A DNA stretch of 64,000 nucleotides from Verrucomicrobiia bacterium (GCA_035495615.1 DATJFP010000071.1:65784-129783), one strand, 5' to 3'. Counted from the first letter of the stretch, positions 30,501 through 41,054 are shown. Notes: generated from the letters alone by a model not told the origin. Numbers and translations: made by a program.

Positions 30501-30616
30501 AACCTGTGTCTTTCCATAGAGTTACGTCAAAGCGTTCAAGAAATTTCGAGGCCAAAGTCTGTCTTTTTTTCAGGTCCCGTCAGGATTCGTTTTAACTTCC
30601 AACGGAAGGATCGAAA

Positions 30617-31426
30617 TTGAGATTTAATCTCAGGCGGAACTTTTTTTTCTTTTTGTCGCTGGCGGTGAGCCTTGCGGGATTTAAATCCCCGGCGGGCGCG
30701 GACACGTTTTACGGGAACTCACCGACCGGACTTTTGGATTTGTCGGCGGAGTACCGGTATCCGGTGTTTTTGTACGTGCCTCAGAATTACAAGCCGGACC
30801 GGAAATACCCGCTGATTATTACCGTGCCGGACGAAGGCGAATCGCCGGAAAAGAACATCGAATACTGGACGAACCTGGCCAAGCGCCGGAGCCTTTTGGT
30901 TTTGAGCGCCACGAACCTCTGGCCCGAAGATACACCGTACAGCATGGACGAGTGGATCCTGAAGATCAAGCGGGAGATCAGCCAGCGGTATCAGGTCGAT
31001 CCGAGCAAGATTTTTCTGACGGGGAAAAAGGGCGGAGCTCAGTACGCGGGATACCTCGCCACGAATTATCCCGAGGAATTCTCGGCCGTCGTGCTGATGA
31101 ACGGCCATTGGGACGGAAAATTCGGAAAGCTGCTGCATTTGAGAAATCGTCCCGCGAAGCAGATTCCATTTCTGGTCGTAGCGAACGAAGGCGATCAGCC
31201 GTTGATCGACGCCGTGGAAAAAAGCGCGGCCAAGTTTGAAAAGAAGGGTTATCTCGTCACCCTGATGAAAGCGAAAGAAGATGAGCAGAATTCCCAGGAA
31301 TTCAAAGAAAAACTTCTGGAATGGGGACAGACGAGCTCCGAGACGTGGGGACGCAAGATCCGCGACAGCCAGAAATCCTGGAAAGAAAAAAGCCTGAATT
31401 GGATGGAAAAATTTTTCAGAGTTTGA
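30617..31426 (+). CDS. secreted alpha/beta-hydrolase-fold protein (esterase/PHB-depolymerase-like family)
   Basis: TTG start with SD GGAAGGA. Signal peptide. Family-like pattern, but the nucleophile elbow reads GKKGG. Confidence 0.45.
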   Translation: MRFNLRRNFFFFLSLAVSLAGFKSPAGADTFYGNSPTGLLDLSAEYRYPVFLYVPQNYKPDRKYPLIITVPDEGESPEKNIEYWTNLAKRRSLLVLSATNLWPEDTPYSMDEWILKIKREISQRYQVDPSKIFLTGKKGGAQYAGYLATNYPEEFSAVVLMNGHWDGKFGKLLHLRNRPAKQIPFLVVANEGDQPLIDAVEKSAAKFEKKGYLVTLMKAKEDEQNSQEFKEKLLEWGQTSSETWGRKIRDSQKSWKEKSLNWMEKFFRV

Positions 31427-31514
31427 GGTCCCTTCTTTGGGGGCTCATCCTGAATGAAACGCTTCTTCGGCGCAAAGCTGAAGGGTCATTAAAAAACGAA
31501 GGGATTAATTTTTT

Positions 31515-33197
31515 ATGAAGCTGACCGGCGCGCAAATCATGATCAAGTCCTTGGAACTGGAAGGGGTGGACGCTATTTTCGGGCTGCCCGGCGGAGCCAT
31601 TCTGCCGACCTTCGATGCCCTTTATGATTCCAAGAAAATTAAATTCTACCTGGTGCGCCACGAACAGGGCGCGTCCCACATGGCGGACGGCTACGGCCGC
31701 GCCACGGGAAAACCCGGCGTTTGCCTTGTGACCTCCGGCCCCGCGGCCACGAACACGGTGACGGGACTTGCGACGGCATTCATGGATTCGGCGCCGATGA
31801 TCTGCATCACGGGCCAGGTCGCGACGACGGCCATCGGCAGCGACGCGTTCCAGGAAGCCGACGTGGTCGGCATCACGCGCCCGGTCACCAAGCACAATTA
31901 TCTCATCACGAACGCGAATGACGTCGCGCGCATCGTGCGTGAGGCGTTCCACATCGCGCGCACCGGCCGCCCCGGCCCCGTGCTGATCGATTTTCCTGTC
32001 GACGTGAGCCGCCAGGTCGTGGATTTCGAATGGCCGGAAGAAGTGCAGCTGCGCGGCTACAGCATCCCGAGCCATGGCGACGCGGAACAGATCCGTAAGG
32101 CCGCGGAACTGATCAAGCAGGCCAAGCGTCCCGTGCTGTACGTGGGCGGCGGCGCCGTGGGTTCGGGCGCGAACAAAGAAGTTCTGGAGCTCGTGGAAAA
32201 AACCGGCATTCCGATTACTACGACGGTGCTGGGTCTCGGCATTTTCCCGGAAGATCATCCGTCTTCCTTGCGCATGCTGGGCATGCACGGCACCGTGTAC
32301 GCCAACTACGCCGTGCAGAAATCCGATCTCTTGATTGCCGTGGGCGCGCGCTTTGACGACCGCGTCACGGGCAAGATCGACAAATTCTGCCCGCACGCGA
32401 AGATCGTGCACATCGACATCGATCCCGCGTCCATTTCCAAGACCGTGAAGGTGGACGTTTCGATTGTCGGCGACGTGAAGCCTGTCCTGCGCCAGCTGAA
32501 TAAGCTCGTCACCAACAAGCGCAAAGACATCAAAGAGTGGCTGGACCAGATCGCGGAGTGGAAGAAGAAGCATCCGCTGAAATACCGCAAGGACGGCGAA
32601 GCGCTGCGCCAGGAAGAAATCATCGCCAGGCTCGGCGAGATCACCAAGCACAACGCGGTCGTGACGACCGGCGTCGGCCAGCACCAGATGTGGGCGGCGC
32701 AGTGGTACCAGTTTAAGGCCATGCGCAGCATGCTGACTTCCGGCGGCTTGGGCACGATGGGTTACGGCCTTCCCGCGGCGATCGGCGCGCAAATTGGCAG
32801 GCCGGGCGAGCCGGTGATCTGTATCGATGGTGACGGTTCCATCCAGATGACGATGTGCGAACTGACGACGGCGGCGTACTACAACATTCCCGTGAAGCTT
32901 TTCATCATGGACAATTCGCATCACGGCATGGTTCGCCAGTGGCAGGAGCTTTTTTATAATCAGAGATTTTCCGGCTCCGTGCTCGGGCCGTCGAACCCCG
33001 ACTTCCTGAAAATTGCCGAAGGCCACAGGGTCCTCGGGCTGCGCATGGAAACGCACGATGAAGTCGACAGCGTGATCAAGAAGGCCCTGGCCCACAAAGG
33101 CCCGGTGCTGGTCCACTGCATCGTCGCGAAATCCGACAACGTTTATCCGATGGTGCCTACCGGGGCCGCCCTCGACCAAGTCATGGACATGGCGTAA
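31515..33197 (+). CDS. ilvB: acetolactate synthase large subunit (biosynthetic type)
   Basis: ThDP-enzyme motifs and high similarity to the IlvB pattern throughout. Confidence 0.9.
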   Translation: MKLTGAQIMIKSLELEGVDAIFGLPGGAILPTFDALYDSKKIKFYLVRHEQGASHMADGYGRATGKPGVCLVTSGPAATNTVTGLATAFMDSAPMICITGQVATTAIGSDAFQEADVVGITRPVTKHNYLITNANDVARIVREAFHIARTGRPGPVLIDFPVDVSRQVVDFEWPEEVQLRGYSIPSHGDAEQIRKAAELIKQAKRPVLYVGGGAVGSGANKEVLELVEKTGIPITTTVLGLGIFPEDHPSSLRMLGMHGTVYANYAVQKSDLLIAVGARFDDRVTGKIDKFCPHAKIVHIDIDPASISKTVKVDVSIVGDVKPVLRQLNKLVTNKRKDIKEWLDQIAEWKKKHPLKYRKDGEALRQEEIIARLGEITKHNAVVTTGVGQHQMWAAQWYQFKAMRSMLTSGGLGTMGYGLPAAIGAQIGRPGEPVICIDGDGSIQMTMCELTTAAYYNIPVKLFIMDNSHHGMVRQWQELFYNQRFSGSVLGPSNPDFLKIAEGHRVLGLRMETHDEVDSVIKKALAHKGPVLVHCIVAKSDNVYPMVPTGAALDQVMDMA

Positions 33198-33223
33198 TCC
33201 TTCACTCAAACAGAGGAGTTGTT

Positions 33224-33835
33224 ATGAAGCAAAAGCATATCATTTCGGCGCTGGTGGAAAATCATTCGGGCGTTCTCTCCCGCGTTTCGACGCTCGTGTC
33301 CGGCCGCGGTTTCAACATCGATTCGCTGGCCGTGGGTGAAACGCATGACCCGACGGTTTCCCGCATGACGATCGTCACGGTGGGCGATGCCCGCGCGCTG
33401 GAGCAGGTGATCAAGCAGCTCGGCAAGCTGATCGACGTCATCAAGGTCGTCGACATCAACACCGACGAAATGATCGACCGCGAGCTGATGCTGGTCAAAG
33501 TGAACGCTGCGACCCAGAGCCGCAGCGACGTCATGCAGATCGTGAACACCTTCCGCGCCAAGGTCGTCGACGTGAATCCCAACAGCATGGTCATCGAAGT
33601 GACCGGCGGGGAAAGCAAAGTCGACGCCATGCTCGAACTTCTCACGCCGTACGGCATCAGCGAAGTCGTACGCACGGGGCTTGTCGCCATGTCGCGCCGC
33701 AGCACGCTCGTCGCGCCCGCCAAGGTCGCGCTGAAGACGAAAAAGCTGAAGGCGACCAAGGAAGAAGCCCTTGCCCTCCGCAAGAGAGAAGCGGCGAAGA
33801 AAAAGTCTCGCCAGATGGCGAAAGACGGCCTTTAA
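33224..33835 (+). CDS. ilvN: acetolactate synthase small (regulatory) subunit with C-terminal extension
   Basis: ACT domain (IISALVENHSGVLSRVSTLVSGRGFNIDSLAV). Confidence 0.85.
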   Translation: MKQKHIISALVENHSGVLSRVSTLVSGRGFNIDSLAVGETHDPTVSRMTIVTVGDARALEQVIKQLGKLIDVIKVVDINTDEMIDRELMLVKVNAATQSRSDVMQIVNTFRAKVVDVNPNSMVIEVTGGESKVDAMLELLTPYGISEVVRTGLVAMSRRSTLVAPAKVALKTKKLKATKEEALALRKREAAKKKSRQMAKDGL

Positions 33836-33883
33836 TCCACTTCCAGAAATTATTCTGAGATCAAAAAACGAGAGGAAATAACC

Positions 33884-34918
33884 ATGGCAAAAATCTATTA
33901 CGACAAAGACGCTGATTTGAACGTGCTGAAAGGCAAGAAAGTGGCCATCGTCGGCTACGGCATCCAGGGCCGCGGGCAGGGACTCAACCTGCGCGACTCC
34001 GGCGTGGACGTGATCATCGCCCAGCGCAAGGGCGGCAAGAACTACGACCAGGCCGTCGAAGACGGTTTCAAGCCGGTGGAAGCGGACGAAGCCGCGAAGC
34101 AGGCGGACGTCATCCAGATCCTCACGCAGGACCACCTGCAGGCCGAGATTTACGAAAAGAGCATCAAGCCCCATCTGAAGCCCGGCAAGGCGCTCCTTTT
34201 TTCGCACGGTTTCAACATTCACTTCGGTTACATCAAGCCGCCGAAGGAAGTCGACGTGTACATGATCGCCCCCAAGGGCCCGGGCGCGCTGGTGCGCACC
34301 CAGTTTCTCGAAGGCGGCGGTGTTCCGTGCCTCGTGGCGATTCATCAGGACGCTTCCGGCACCGCGCTGAAGCATGCGCTGGCCTATGCGAAAGCGATCG
34401 GCGGCACGCGCGCCGGCGTGATCGAAACGAATTTCAAGGAAGAGACGGAAACCGATCTCTTCGGCGAACAGGTCGTGCTGTGCGGCGGCCTCTCCGAACT
34501 GATCCGCGCGGGCTACGACACGCTCGTGAAAGCGGGCTACCAGCCGGAAATGGCGTACTTCGAATGCCAGCACGAAGTGAAGCTGATCGTCGACGCGATT
34601 TTCGCCGAAGGCATCAGCGGCATGCACCGCCGCGTGTCCGACACGGCCGAGTACGGCGATTATTCCCGCGGCAAGCGCATCATCACCGATGAAACGCGCA
34701 AGACCATGGCGAAGATCCTGGACGAAGTCCGTACCGGCAAGTTCGCGCAGGAATGGATGGACGAGAACAAGAACGGCCGTCCTAACTACAACAAGATGCG
34801 CAAAGAATGCGACGAGCACCCGATCGAAAAAGTCGGGACTGAGCTGCGTTCCATGATGCACTGGATTAAGAATCCGACCGCCAAGGTTCCGGCGGCCAAA
34901 GCGGGGGCTGCAAGGTAA
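33884..34918 (+). CDS. ilvC: ketol-acid reductoisomerase
   Basis: Full-length IlvC pattern ([21 protein letters not shown]...). Confidence 0.95.
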   Translation: MAKIYYDKDADLNVLKGKKVAIVGYGIQGRGQGLNLRDSGVDVIIAQRKGGKNYDQAVEDGFKPVEADEAAKQADVIQILTQDHLQAEIYEKSIKPHLKPGKALLFSHGFNIHFGYIKPPKEVDVYMIAPKGPGALVRTQFLEGGGVPCLVAIHQDASGTALKHALAYAKAIGGTRAGVIETNFKEETETDLFGEQVVLCGGLSELIRAGYDTLVKAGYQPEMAYFECQHEVKLIVDAIFAEGISGMHRRVSDTAEYGDYSRGKRIITDETRKTMAKILDEVRTGKFAQEWMDENKNGRPNYNKMRKECDEHPIEKVGTELRSMMHWIKNPTAKVPAAKAGAAR

Positions 34919-34923
34919 ACAAA

Positions 34924-36480
34924 ATGGTTTCGAACAGACGTAAAATCCACATCTTCGACACGACGCTGCGCGACGGCGAGCAGTCTCCCGGCGCGTCGTT
35001 GACACCCGAAGAAAAACTCAAGATCGCCGTGCAGCTCGAGCGTCTCAACGTGGACGTGATCGAGGCGGGCTTTCCCGCGTCGTCACCCGGCGAACTCCGC
35101 GCGGTCAGCATGATCGCCGAGCGCGTGCGCAAGCCCGTCATCTGCGGCCTCGCGCGCATGGTGGAGCGCGACATCGAAGCCTGCCGCCAGGCCCTGGAAA
35201 AGGCCCGGCGCAAGCGCCTGCATGTTTTTCTGGCGACCTCGCAGATCCATCGCGAGTTCAAATTGAAGAAGGACAAGAAGGAAATCCTGCACCTGGTCTC
35301 GCGCATGATCAAGGACGCGCGCCGGCATTTCGACCAGCTGGAATTTTCGCCCGAAGACGCATCGAGGACCGAGCCTCAGTTTTTGACGCAGGTCGTTTCC
35401 GCGGCCATCGACGCGGGTGCCACGTCCATCAATGTTCCGGACACGGTCGGCTACGCCGTGCCCCGCGAATTCGGCGAGCTCATTTCCTTTTTGGTAAAGA
35501 AAAATCCCGGCCTCGGCAAAAAAGTGGTGCTGTCGGTCCACTGCCACAATGACCTGGGCCTGGCCGTCGCCAATTCGCTGGCCGCGATCATGGCCGGGGC
35601 GAATCAGGTGGAATGCACCGTGAACGGCATCGGCGAGCGCGCCGGAAACGCGGCCATGGAAGAAATCGCCATGGCCATCGACACGCGCCGTGATTTGATC
35701 GACTGTTTTACCGAGTTGAAGCTGAACGAGATCTCGAAGGCCTCGAGGCTCGTCTCGTCGCTCACCGGCATGGTCGTCCAGCCGAACAAAGCGATCGTGG
35801 GCCGCAACGCGTTCTGGCATGCCTCGGGCATTCATCAGGACGGTGTCCTGAAAAAGCGGCAGACGTACGAGATCATGGACCCGAAGAAAATCGGGCTGAA
35901 AGGCAACCAACTCATGCTGGGCAAGCTGTCCGGCCGCCACGCGTTCGTCGAGCGCGTGAAGAAAATGGGCTTCAAGGTCAGCGAAGACGACATGGACCGC
36001 GCGTTTGCGGCGTTCAAGAAGCTGGCGGACAAGAAAAAATACGTGTTCGACGAAGATATCGAATCGATCATGGAAGACGTGGGCGCGAACGTTCCCGAGA
36101 TCTGGAAGCTGGATTACCTGAAGGTCACGACCGAAAGCGCGCGCGCCGCTTCCGCGGACATCCGGCTGTCGCATGAGGGAACCCTGCGCGAGGCTTCTTC
36201 GCATGGCGACGGCCCCGTGGATGCGTGTTATAAGGCCATTGAAAAAATCGTGAAGTCCGGCGCGGCACTTGCCAATTACGGGATCCGTTCCGTGACCGCG
36301 GGAAAAGACGCGCTCGGCGAAGTGGTCGTGAAGCTGAGCCTCCAGTCCGAGGAAGTCACGGGCCGCGGCACGAGCACCGACATCATCGAAGCAAGCGTGA
36401 AAGCTTATCTTTTCGCCCTCAATAAAATCTTTTCCCAGAGCGTGCCGGGAAGACGGCCCGGTTCTTTGTCCGGACTGTAA
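34924..36480 (+). CDS. leuA: 2-isopropylmalate synthase
   Basis: HMGL-like N-domain DTTLRDGEQSPG plus the LeuA regulatory C-domain. Confidence 0.85.
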   Translation: MVSNRRKIHIFDTTLRDGEQSPGASLTPEEKLKIAVQLERLNVDVIEAGFPASSPGELRAVSMIAERVRKPVICGLARMVERDIEACRQALEKARRKRLHVFLATSQIHREFKLKKDKKEILHLVSRMIKDARRHFDQLEFSPEDASRTEPQFLTQVVSAAIDAGATSINVPDTVGYAVPREFGELISFLVKKNPGLGKKVVLSVHCHNDLGLAVANSLAAIMAGANQVECTVNGIGERAGNAAMEEIAMAIDTRRDLIDCFTELKLNEISKASRLVSSLTGMVVQPNKAIVGRNAFWHASGIHQDGVLKKRQTYEIMDPKKIGLKGNQLMLGKLSGRHAFVERVKKMGFKVSEDDMDRAFAAFKKLADKKKYVFDEDIESIMEDVGANVPEIWKLDYLKVTTESARAASADIRLSHEGTLREASSHGDGPVDACYKAIEKIVKSGAALANYGIRSVTAGKDALGEVVVKLSLQSEEVTGRGTSTDIIEASVKAYLFALNKIFSQSVPGRRPGSLSGL

Positions 36481-36499
36481 TCAGGGACGAAAAGCGGTA

Positions 36500-37399
36500 A
36501 TGGCGGGACCCAGGGTGAAAAAAAACGAAGCATTCAGTCTGTTCGGCATTTTCGGCTACCCTTTGGCGCATTCCCTTTCTCCCGACATGCAGGAAGCGGC
36601 TTTCGAAAAGCTCGGCATGCAGGCCTTTTATCTCGTCCTCGAGCTGGGACCCCGGCGTTTCCGGAACGTGATGGCGCGCCTTCGAAAGGCGCCGCTCCAG
36701 GGTTTCAATGTCACGGTTCCTTATAAAGAAACCGTGCTTCCTTACCTGGACAAGGTCAGCCTCGAGGCCTCGCGCATCGGCGCGGTCAATACGGTTTACC
36801 GGCGCGGAAAATCCTGGCGAGGCGCGAACACCGATGTCCATGGTTTTTTGAAATCGCTGGAAGATGAGGCGGGTTTTAAAGTCCGCGGCTGTAAGGCCGC
36901 GGTGCTCGGCGCGGGAGGCGCGGCGCGAGCGGTCACCTACGCGCTCGCGGAACGCGGCGCCCGCGAAATCACGCTGATTAACCGTAACAGGGCCCGGGCC
37001 TCGCGTCTTGCCCGTGAATTCGGAAGTATTTTCAAGCGCGTGCGCCTGAACGCTCTGCCGCTGGATCCGAAAGCGGCCCCGGTGTTGGCGGATGCCGCGC
37101 TGGTCGTGAATGCGACGTCCGTCGGCCTGAAGGGCGGATCTCCGGTGCCCGGTGCCTGGATTCCGAAGGCGGCCGGCAAACCGAAGCTTTTTTTCGATCT
37201 GATTTATTTTCCGCGGGAAACACAATTTCTCAAAGAGGCCCGGAAAAAGGGCCACCGCGTGCTGAACGGCACGGGCATGCTTGTGCACCAGGGCGCGCGC
37301 GCCTTAGAATACTGGACCGGCAAAAAAGCACCGGCCGGCGTGATGCGCGCGGCGCTTTTGAAAGCGCTCGAAGCGAGGGAAGGGAAGAAAACGGCATGA
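36500..37399 (+). CDS. aroE: shikimate dehydrogenase
   Basis: FGIFGYPLAHSLSP and NVTVPYK motifs. Confidence 0.85.
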   Translation: MAGPRVKKNEAFSLFGIFGYPLAHSLSPDMQEAAFEKLGMQAFYLVLELGPRRFRNVMARLRKAPLQGFNVTVPYKETVLPYLDKVSLEASRIGAVNTVYRRGKSWRGANTDVHGFLKSLEDEAGFKVRGCKAAVLGAGGAARAVTYALAERGAREITLINRNRARASRLAREFGSIFKRVRLNALPLDPKAAPVLADAALVVNATSVGLKGGSPVPGAWIPKAAGKPKLFFDLIYFPRETQFLKEARKKGHRVLNGTGMLVHQGARALEYWTGKKAPAGVMRAALLKALEAREGKKTA

Positions 37400-38172
37400 T
37401 CGCCGCCATGTTCTTTTTGTTCGGCATTATTTTTGGCAGCTTTTTGAACGTCTGCATCCACCGCTTCCCCCGGGAAGAATCGATCGTTTGGCCCGGTTCG
37501 CATTGCCCGGGCTGCAACGGCGCCATCGCGTGGTACGATAACATTCCGCTGTTCAGTTTTCTGGCGCTGCGGGGCAAGTGCCGGAAGTGCAAGGCGCCGA
37601 TTCCCATGCGGTATTTCTGGGTGGAACTGGCGACCGGCGTCATCTGGATGATGTTCGGCATGCAGTACGGCCTTTCGCTCATGACCGCGGCCGGCATTGT
37701 TTATTTCACGATCCTGCTGGCAATCACGGCCACGGATTTCGAAACCGGATACATTCCGGACAAGCTCACGTTTCCCGGCATGGCCGCGGGCCTGGTGCTC
37801 AGCGCGTTTTTTCCGGGGCTGCATGGGCAGGCGTCGCTGCTAAGGGGGCTGCTGCATTCGTTTCTCGGACTCTTGACCGGCGGCGGCATCCTGCTGCTGA
37901 TGGGCATGGCCGGGAACCTGATTTATAAAAAAGAAAGCATGGGCGGCGGCGACATCAAACTCATGGCCATGATGGGCGCCTTTCTCGGGATCAAAAAAAT
38001 ATTGATCGCGTTTCTCCTGGGCCCGATCCTGGCGCTGCCCTTCGCCCTGTACGCGAAATGGGTGAAGCGGGACGAGACCATCCCGTACGGCCCTTTTCTG
38101 GCGCTCGCCGGCGCCTGGCTGTTTTTTTTCGGCGATGTGATCTGGAATTATTTTTTTCTGCTTCCTTCATAA
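37396..38172 (+). CDS. pilD: prepilin peptidase (A24 family; type IV pilin/pseudopilin leader peptidase)
   Basis: N-terminal tetra-Cys motif (CPGCN...CRKC) and catalytic Asp-containing TM segments. Overlaps aroE by ATGA. Confidence 0.85.
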   Translation: MIAAMFFLFGIIFGSFLNVCIHRFPREESIVWPGSHCPGCNGAIAWYDNIPLFSFLALRGKCRKCKAPIPMRYFWVELATGVIWMMFGMQYGLSLMTAAGIVYFTILLAITATDFETGYIPDKLTFPGMAAGLVLSAFFPGLHGQASLLRGLLHSFLGLLTGGGILLLMGMAGNLIYKKESMGGGDIKLMAMMGAFLGIKKILIAFLLGPILALPFALYAKWVKRDETIPYGPFLALAGAWLFFFGDVIWNYFFLLPS

Positions 38173-38197
38173 AGACGACAACGGAACGGAGCTCAAC

Positions 38198-39322
38198 ATG
38201 CTGAATTACATCACGACCGGGGAATCGCACGGGCAGTACCTTGCGACGATCCTCGAGGGAATGCCCAGCGGCCTTGAAGTCGACCTTGAATTCATCAACG
38301 GGCAGCTCCGTTTGCGCCAGCAGGGCTACGGCAGGGGCGGCCGCCAGAAAATCGAGACAGACGAAGTCAAGATCATGGGCGGCGTGGTGAAAGGCAAGAC
38401 GACCGGCGCGCCCATCGGGTTCGTGCTGTTCAACAAGGATTTCAAAATCGAAACCATGCCGGAGCTTTTCCGTCCGCGGCCGGGCCATGCGGACCTGGTC
38501 GGTTCCTTGAAATACAACCAGGGCATCCGCCCGGTGCTGGAACGCGCGAGCGCGCGAGAGACCGCGATGCGCGTGGCCGTGGGCGCGCTGTGCCGGGTGT
38601 TCCTGAAAGAATTCGGCATCGAGGTGGAGTCGCATGTGGTCGGCATCGGCGCGGTGCAGGTTCCTTTCGAAGACAAGCTTTCGGCGCAGGACATCCGCAA
38701 GAAAATCGCGGACTCGGATCTGCGCTGCATCTCGCCCGAAAAGGAAAAACAGATGAGGGCGGCCATCGACGAGGCCCGGCGCAAAAAGGACACGCTCGGC
38801 GGCGTTTACGAAGTCCGCGTGTCCGGCGTGCCGATCGGTCTGGGCAGCCATGTGCATTACGAGCGCAAGCTGGACGGCCGTCTGGCCCAGCATCTCATGG
38901 GCATGCAGTCGGTCAAGGCCGTGGAGATCGGTTACGGCACGCGCGCCGGCGAAGTATTCGGGTCCGAGGCGCACGACGAAATTTTCTACGACAAGAAAAA
39001 AGGTTATTACCACGAGACCAACCGCGCGGGCGGCATCGAAGGCGGCACGTCGAACGGCGCGGAGATCGTAGTCCGCGCCACGATGAAGCCGATCTCGACC
39101 TTGGCGCAGCCGCTTGCGTCCGTCAACATGGCCACGAAGAAAGCGGAAAAGGCGGACTTCGAGCGCTCCGACACGTGCGCGGTGGCGGCCGGAAGCGTGA
39201 TCGGCGCGTCGATCGCGGCTTACGTCATCGCGGACGCCTTCCTCGAAAAATTCGGCGGCGATTCCGTCGCGGAGATCGAGAGAAATTACCAGGGCTACCT
39301 GAAGCAAATCCGGGAAAGTTGA
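38198..39322 (+). CDS. aroC: chorismate synthase
   Basis: Full-length AroC pattern (GESHGQ..., RPGHAD). Confidence 0.95.
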   Translation: MLNYITTGESHGQYLATILEGMPSGLEVDLEFINGQLRLRQQGYGRGGRQKIETDEVKIMGGVVKGKTTGAPIGFVLFNKDFKIETMPELFRPRPGHADLVGSLKYNQGIRPVLERASARETAMRVAVGALCRVFLKEFGIEVESHVVGIGAVQVPFEDKLSAQDIRKKIADSDLRCISPEKEKQMRAAIDEARRKKDTLGGVYEVRVSGVPIGLGSHVHYERKLDGRLAQHLMGMQSVKAVEIGYGTRAGEVFGSEAHDEIFYDKKKGYYHETNRAGGIEGGTSNGAEIVVRATMKPISTLAQPLASVNMATKKAEKADFERSDTCAVAAGSVIGASIAAYVIADAFLEKFGGDSVAEIERNYQGYLKQIRES

Positions 39323-39324
39323 GC

Positions 39325-39846
39325 GTGAACGTTTATCTGGTCGGCATGATGGGTTCCGGCAAATCCTCGACCGGGCAGGCGCTGGCCTCCCTGCTTGACC
39401 TCCGCTTCGTGGATGTGGACCGGGAAATCCAGAAAAGCGAAAGCGCGGCGGTCGCCGAGATTTTCGAGAAAAAAGGCGAGCCGTATTTCCGCGAGGCGGA
39501 ATCCCGGGAACTCGAACGCGTGAGCCGCGAAAGCGGGCAAGTGGTCGCGACAGGCGGCGGCGTCGTGCTGAAAGAATCAAATATTCGCGTCATGCGCAGG
39601 ACCGGAAAGATTGTTTATCTGAAGACTTCCGTGGATTGGCTGGTTTCAAGGCTGGCGCATGACACGGAGCGGCCGCTTCTCAAAGGGGAAGACCTCGAGG
39701 TGCGGCTCGGCAAGCTCGCCCGCCAGCGCGCTTCGTATTACGATAAAGCCGGCGACTTTGTTTTTGTGACCGACGGTAAAACGCCCGAGGCCGTGGCCGT
39801 GGAAATCAGCGCGAGTGGACTTTTGAATGAAAAAAATAAAAGTTAA
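39325..39846 (+). CDS. aroK: shikimate kinase
   Basis: GTG start just after the aroC stop. P-loop GMMGSGKSS. It lies within a longer tool ORF in the same frame. Confidence 0.8.
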   Translation: MNVYLVGMMGSGKSSTGQALASLLDLRFVDVDREIQKSESAAVAEIFEKKGEPYFREAESRELERVSRESGQVVATGGGVVLKESNIRVMRRTGKIVYLKTSVDWLVSRLAHDTERPLLKGEDLEVRLGKLARQRASYYDKAGDFVFVTDGKTPEAVAVEISASGLLNEKNKS

Positions 39847-40924
39847 AAGCTCCAAGCACGACTACACGGTCTGGGTGGGTAAGGGCGCGCTGGGGATGGC
39901 CGGCAAAGTGCTCAAGAGCCTCGTGTTCCAGGGCAAAGTCTTTGTGCTCACGCAGAAAAAAGTGGCGCGGCATCATCTTCCCGCGCTGCGCGGATCGCTT
40001 GCCGCGGCCGGATACAAGCCCGAGGTCTTCGAAGTTCCCGACGGCGAAAAGGCGAAATCGATGGGAACGCTGGCCGCGGTCTACAGCCGGCTCCTTGCGA
40101 AGGGCTTCGAACGGCGCGACATGCTCCTTGCCCTGGGCGGCGGAGTTGCCGGCGACCTGGGCGGCTATGCGGCGTCAACGTATCTGCGGGGCATCCGCTT
40201 CGTAAACGCGGGGACGACGCTTCTTGCTCAGGTGGACAGCTCGATCGGGGGCAAGACGGGCGTGAATCTCGCGGAAGGAAAAAATCTCGCGGGAACTTTT
40301 TATCCGCCGCACGCGGTGCTGTCGGACATCGACGTTTTGAAAACGCTTCCCGAGCCGGAACTGCGCGCGTCTTACGCGGAAGTCGTGAAGTACGGCGTGA
40401 TCCGCGACGTGAGTCTCTTCCGCCTGCTGGAGAGGGAAACGGAAAGCGCGCTTCTGCGCAACCCGGCGGTACTGGAAGAAGTGGTTGTGCGTTCCGCCTC
40501 GATCAAGGCGGCCGTCGTCAGCCGCGACGAATTCGAAACGCGCGGCGAGCGCATGATCCTGAACTACGGACATACGTTCGGCCACGGGTTCGAGAAAAAC
40601 GCGCGATACCGCATGTTTCACGGCGACGCGGTGAGCCTCGGCATGGCCTGCGCCGCGCGTTTGGCGGTGCGGATGAAAATGCTGGACCCCTTCGCGGAAC
40701 TCAGGCAGCTCGCGGTGCTGAGAAAACTGGGCCTCCCGGTGCTGCTGGACGCCAAGCGCTTTCAGAGCGCCGCGATCATGAAAGCCATGATGCATGACAA
40801 GAAAAAACGGGCCGGCAAACTCCGGTTCGTGCTTCCCGAAAACATCGGAAGCGTTACCGTACGGCAGGACGTCCCGCTTTCCCGGGTGCGCAGCATTCTC
40901 CGGGAGATGGGCGCAGGCCGCTGA
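39827..40924 (+). CDS. aroB: 3-dehydroquinate synthase
   Basis: AroB motifs (GGGVAGDLGGYAA, GKTGVN, HTFGH). Confidence 0.9.
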   Translation: MKKIKVKSSKHDYTVWVGKGALGMAGKVLKSLVFQGKVFVLTQKKVARHHLPALRGSLAAAGYKPEVFEVPDGEKAKSMGTLAAVYSRLLAKGFERRDMLLALGGGVAGDLGGYAASTYLRGIRFVNAGTTLLAQVDSSIGGKTGVNLAEGKNLAGTFYPPHAVLSDIDVLKTLPEPELRASYAEVVKYGVIRDVSLFRLLERETESALLRNPAVLEEVVVRSASIKAAVVSRDEFETRGERMILNYGHTFGHGFEKNARYRMFHGDAVSLGMACAARLAVRMKMLDPFAELRQLAVLRKLGLPVLLDAKRFQSAAIMKAMMHDKKKRAGKLRFVLPENIGSVTVRQDVPLSRVRSILREMGAGR

Positions 40925-40940
40925 CGGAGAGGAGAAAACA

Positions 40941-41054
40941 ATGAAAAAAAGAGAAGCGTTCAAGTTCGCGCTGGGCGTTGCTATCGGATACAGCTTCATC
41001 CACGGCGTCTCTTATCTCCAGAGCCATTATCTCTGGACCTTGTTCTACCGCTAA
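40941..41054 (+). CDS. 37-aa small protein with one predicted TM helix (MKKREAFKFALGVAIGYSFIHGVSYLQSHYLWTLFYR)
   Basis: Strong SD GGAGAGGAG 6 nt before the ATG, between aroB and dprA. Confidence 0.35.
   Translation: MKKREAFKFALGVAIGYSFIHGVSYLQSHYLWTLFYR

Noticed and set aside
31450-31488. Candidate ilv attenuator leader peptide (MKRFFGAKLKGH) upstream of ilvB
   Set aside because: It has no Ile/Leu/Val codon run, and the 88-nt spacer has no terminator/antiterminator alternative structure that I can see.
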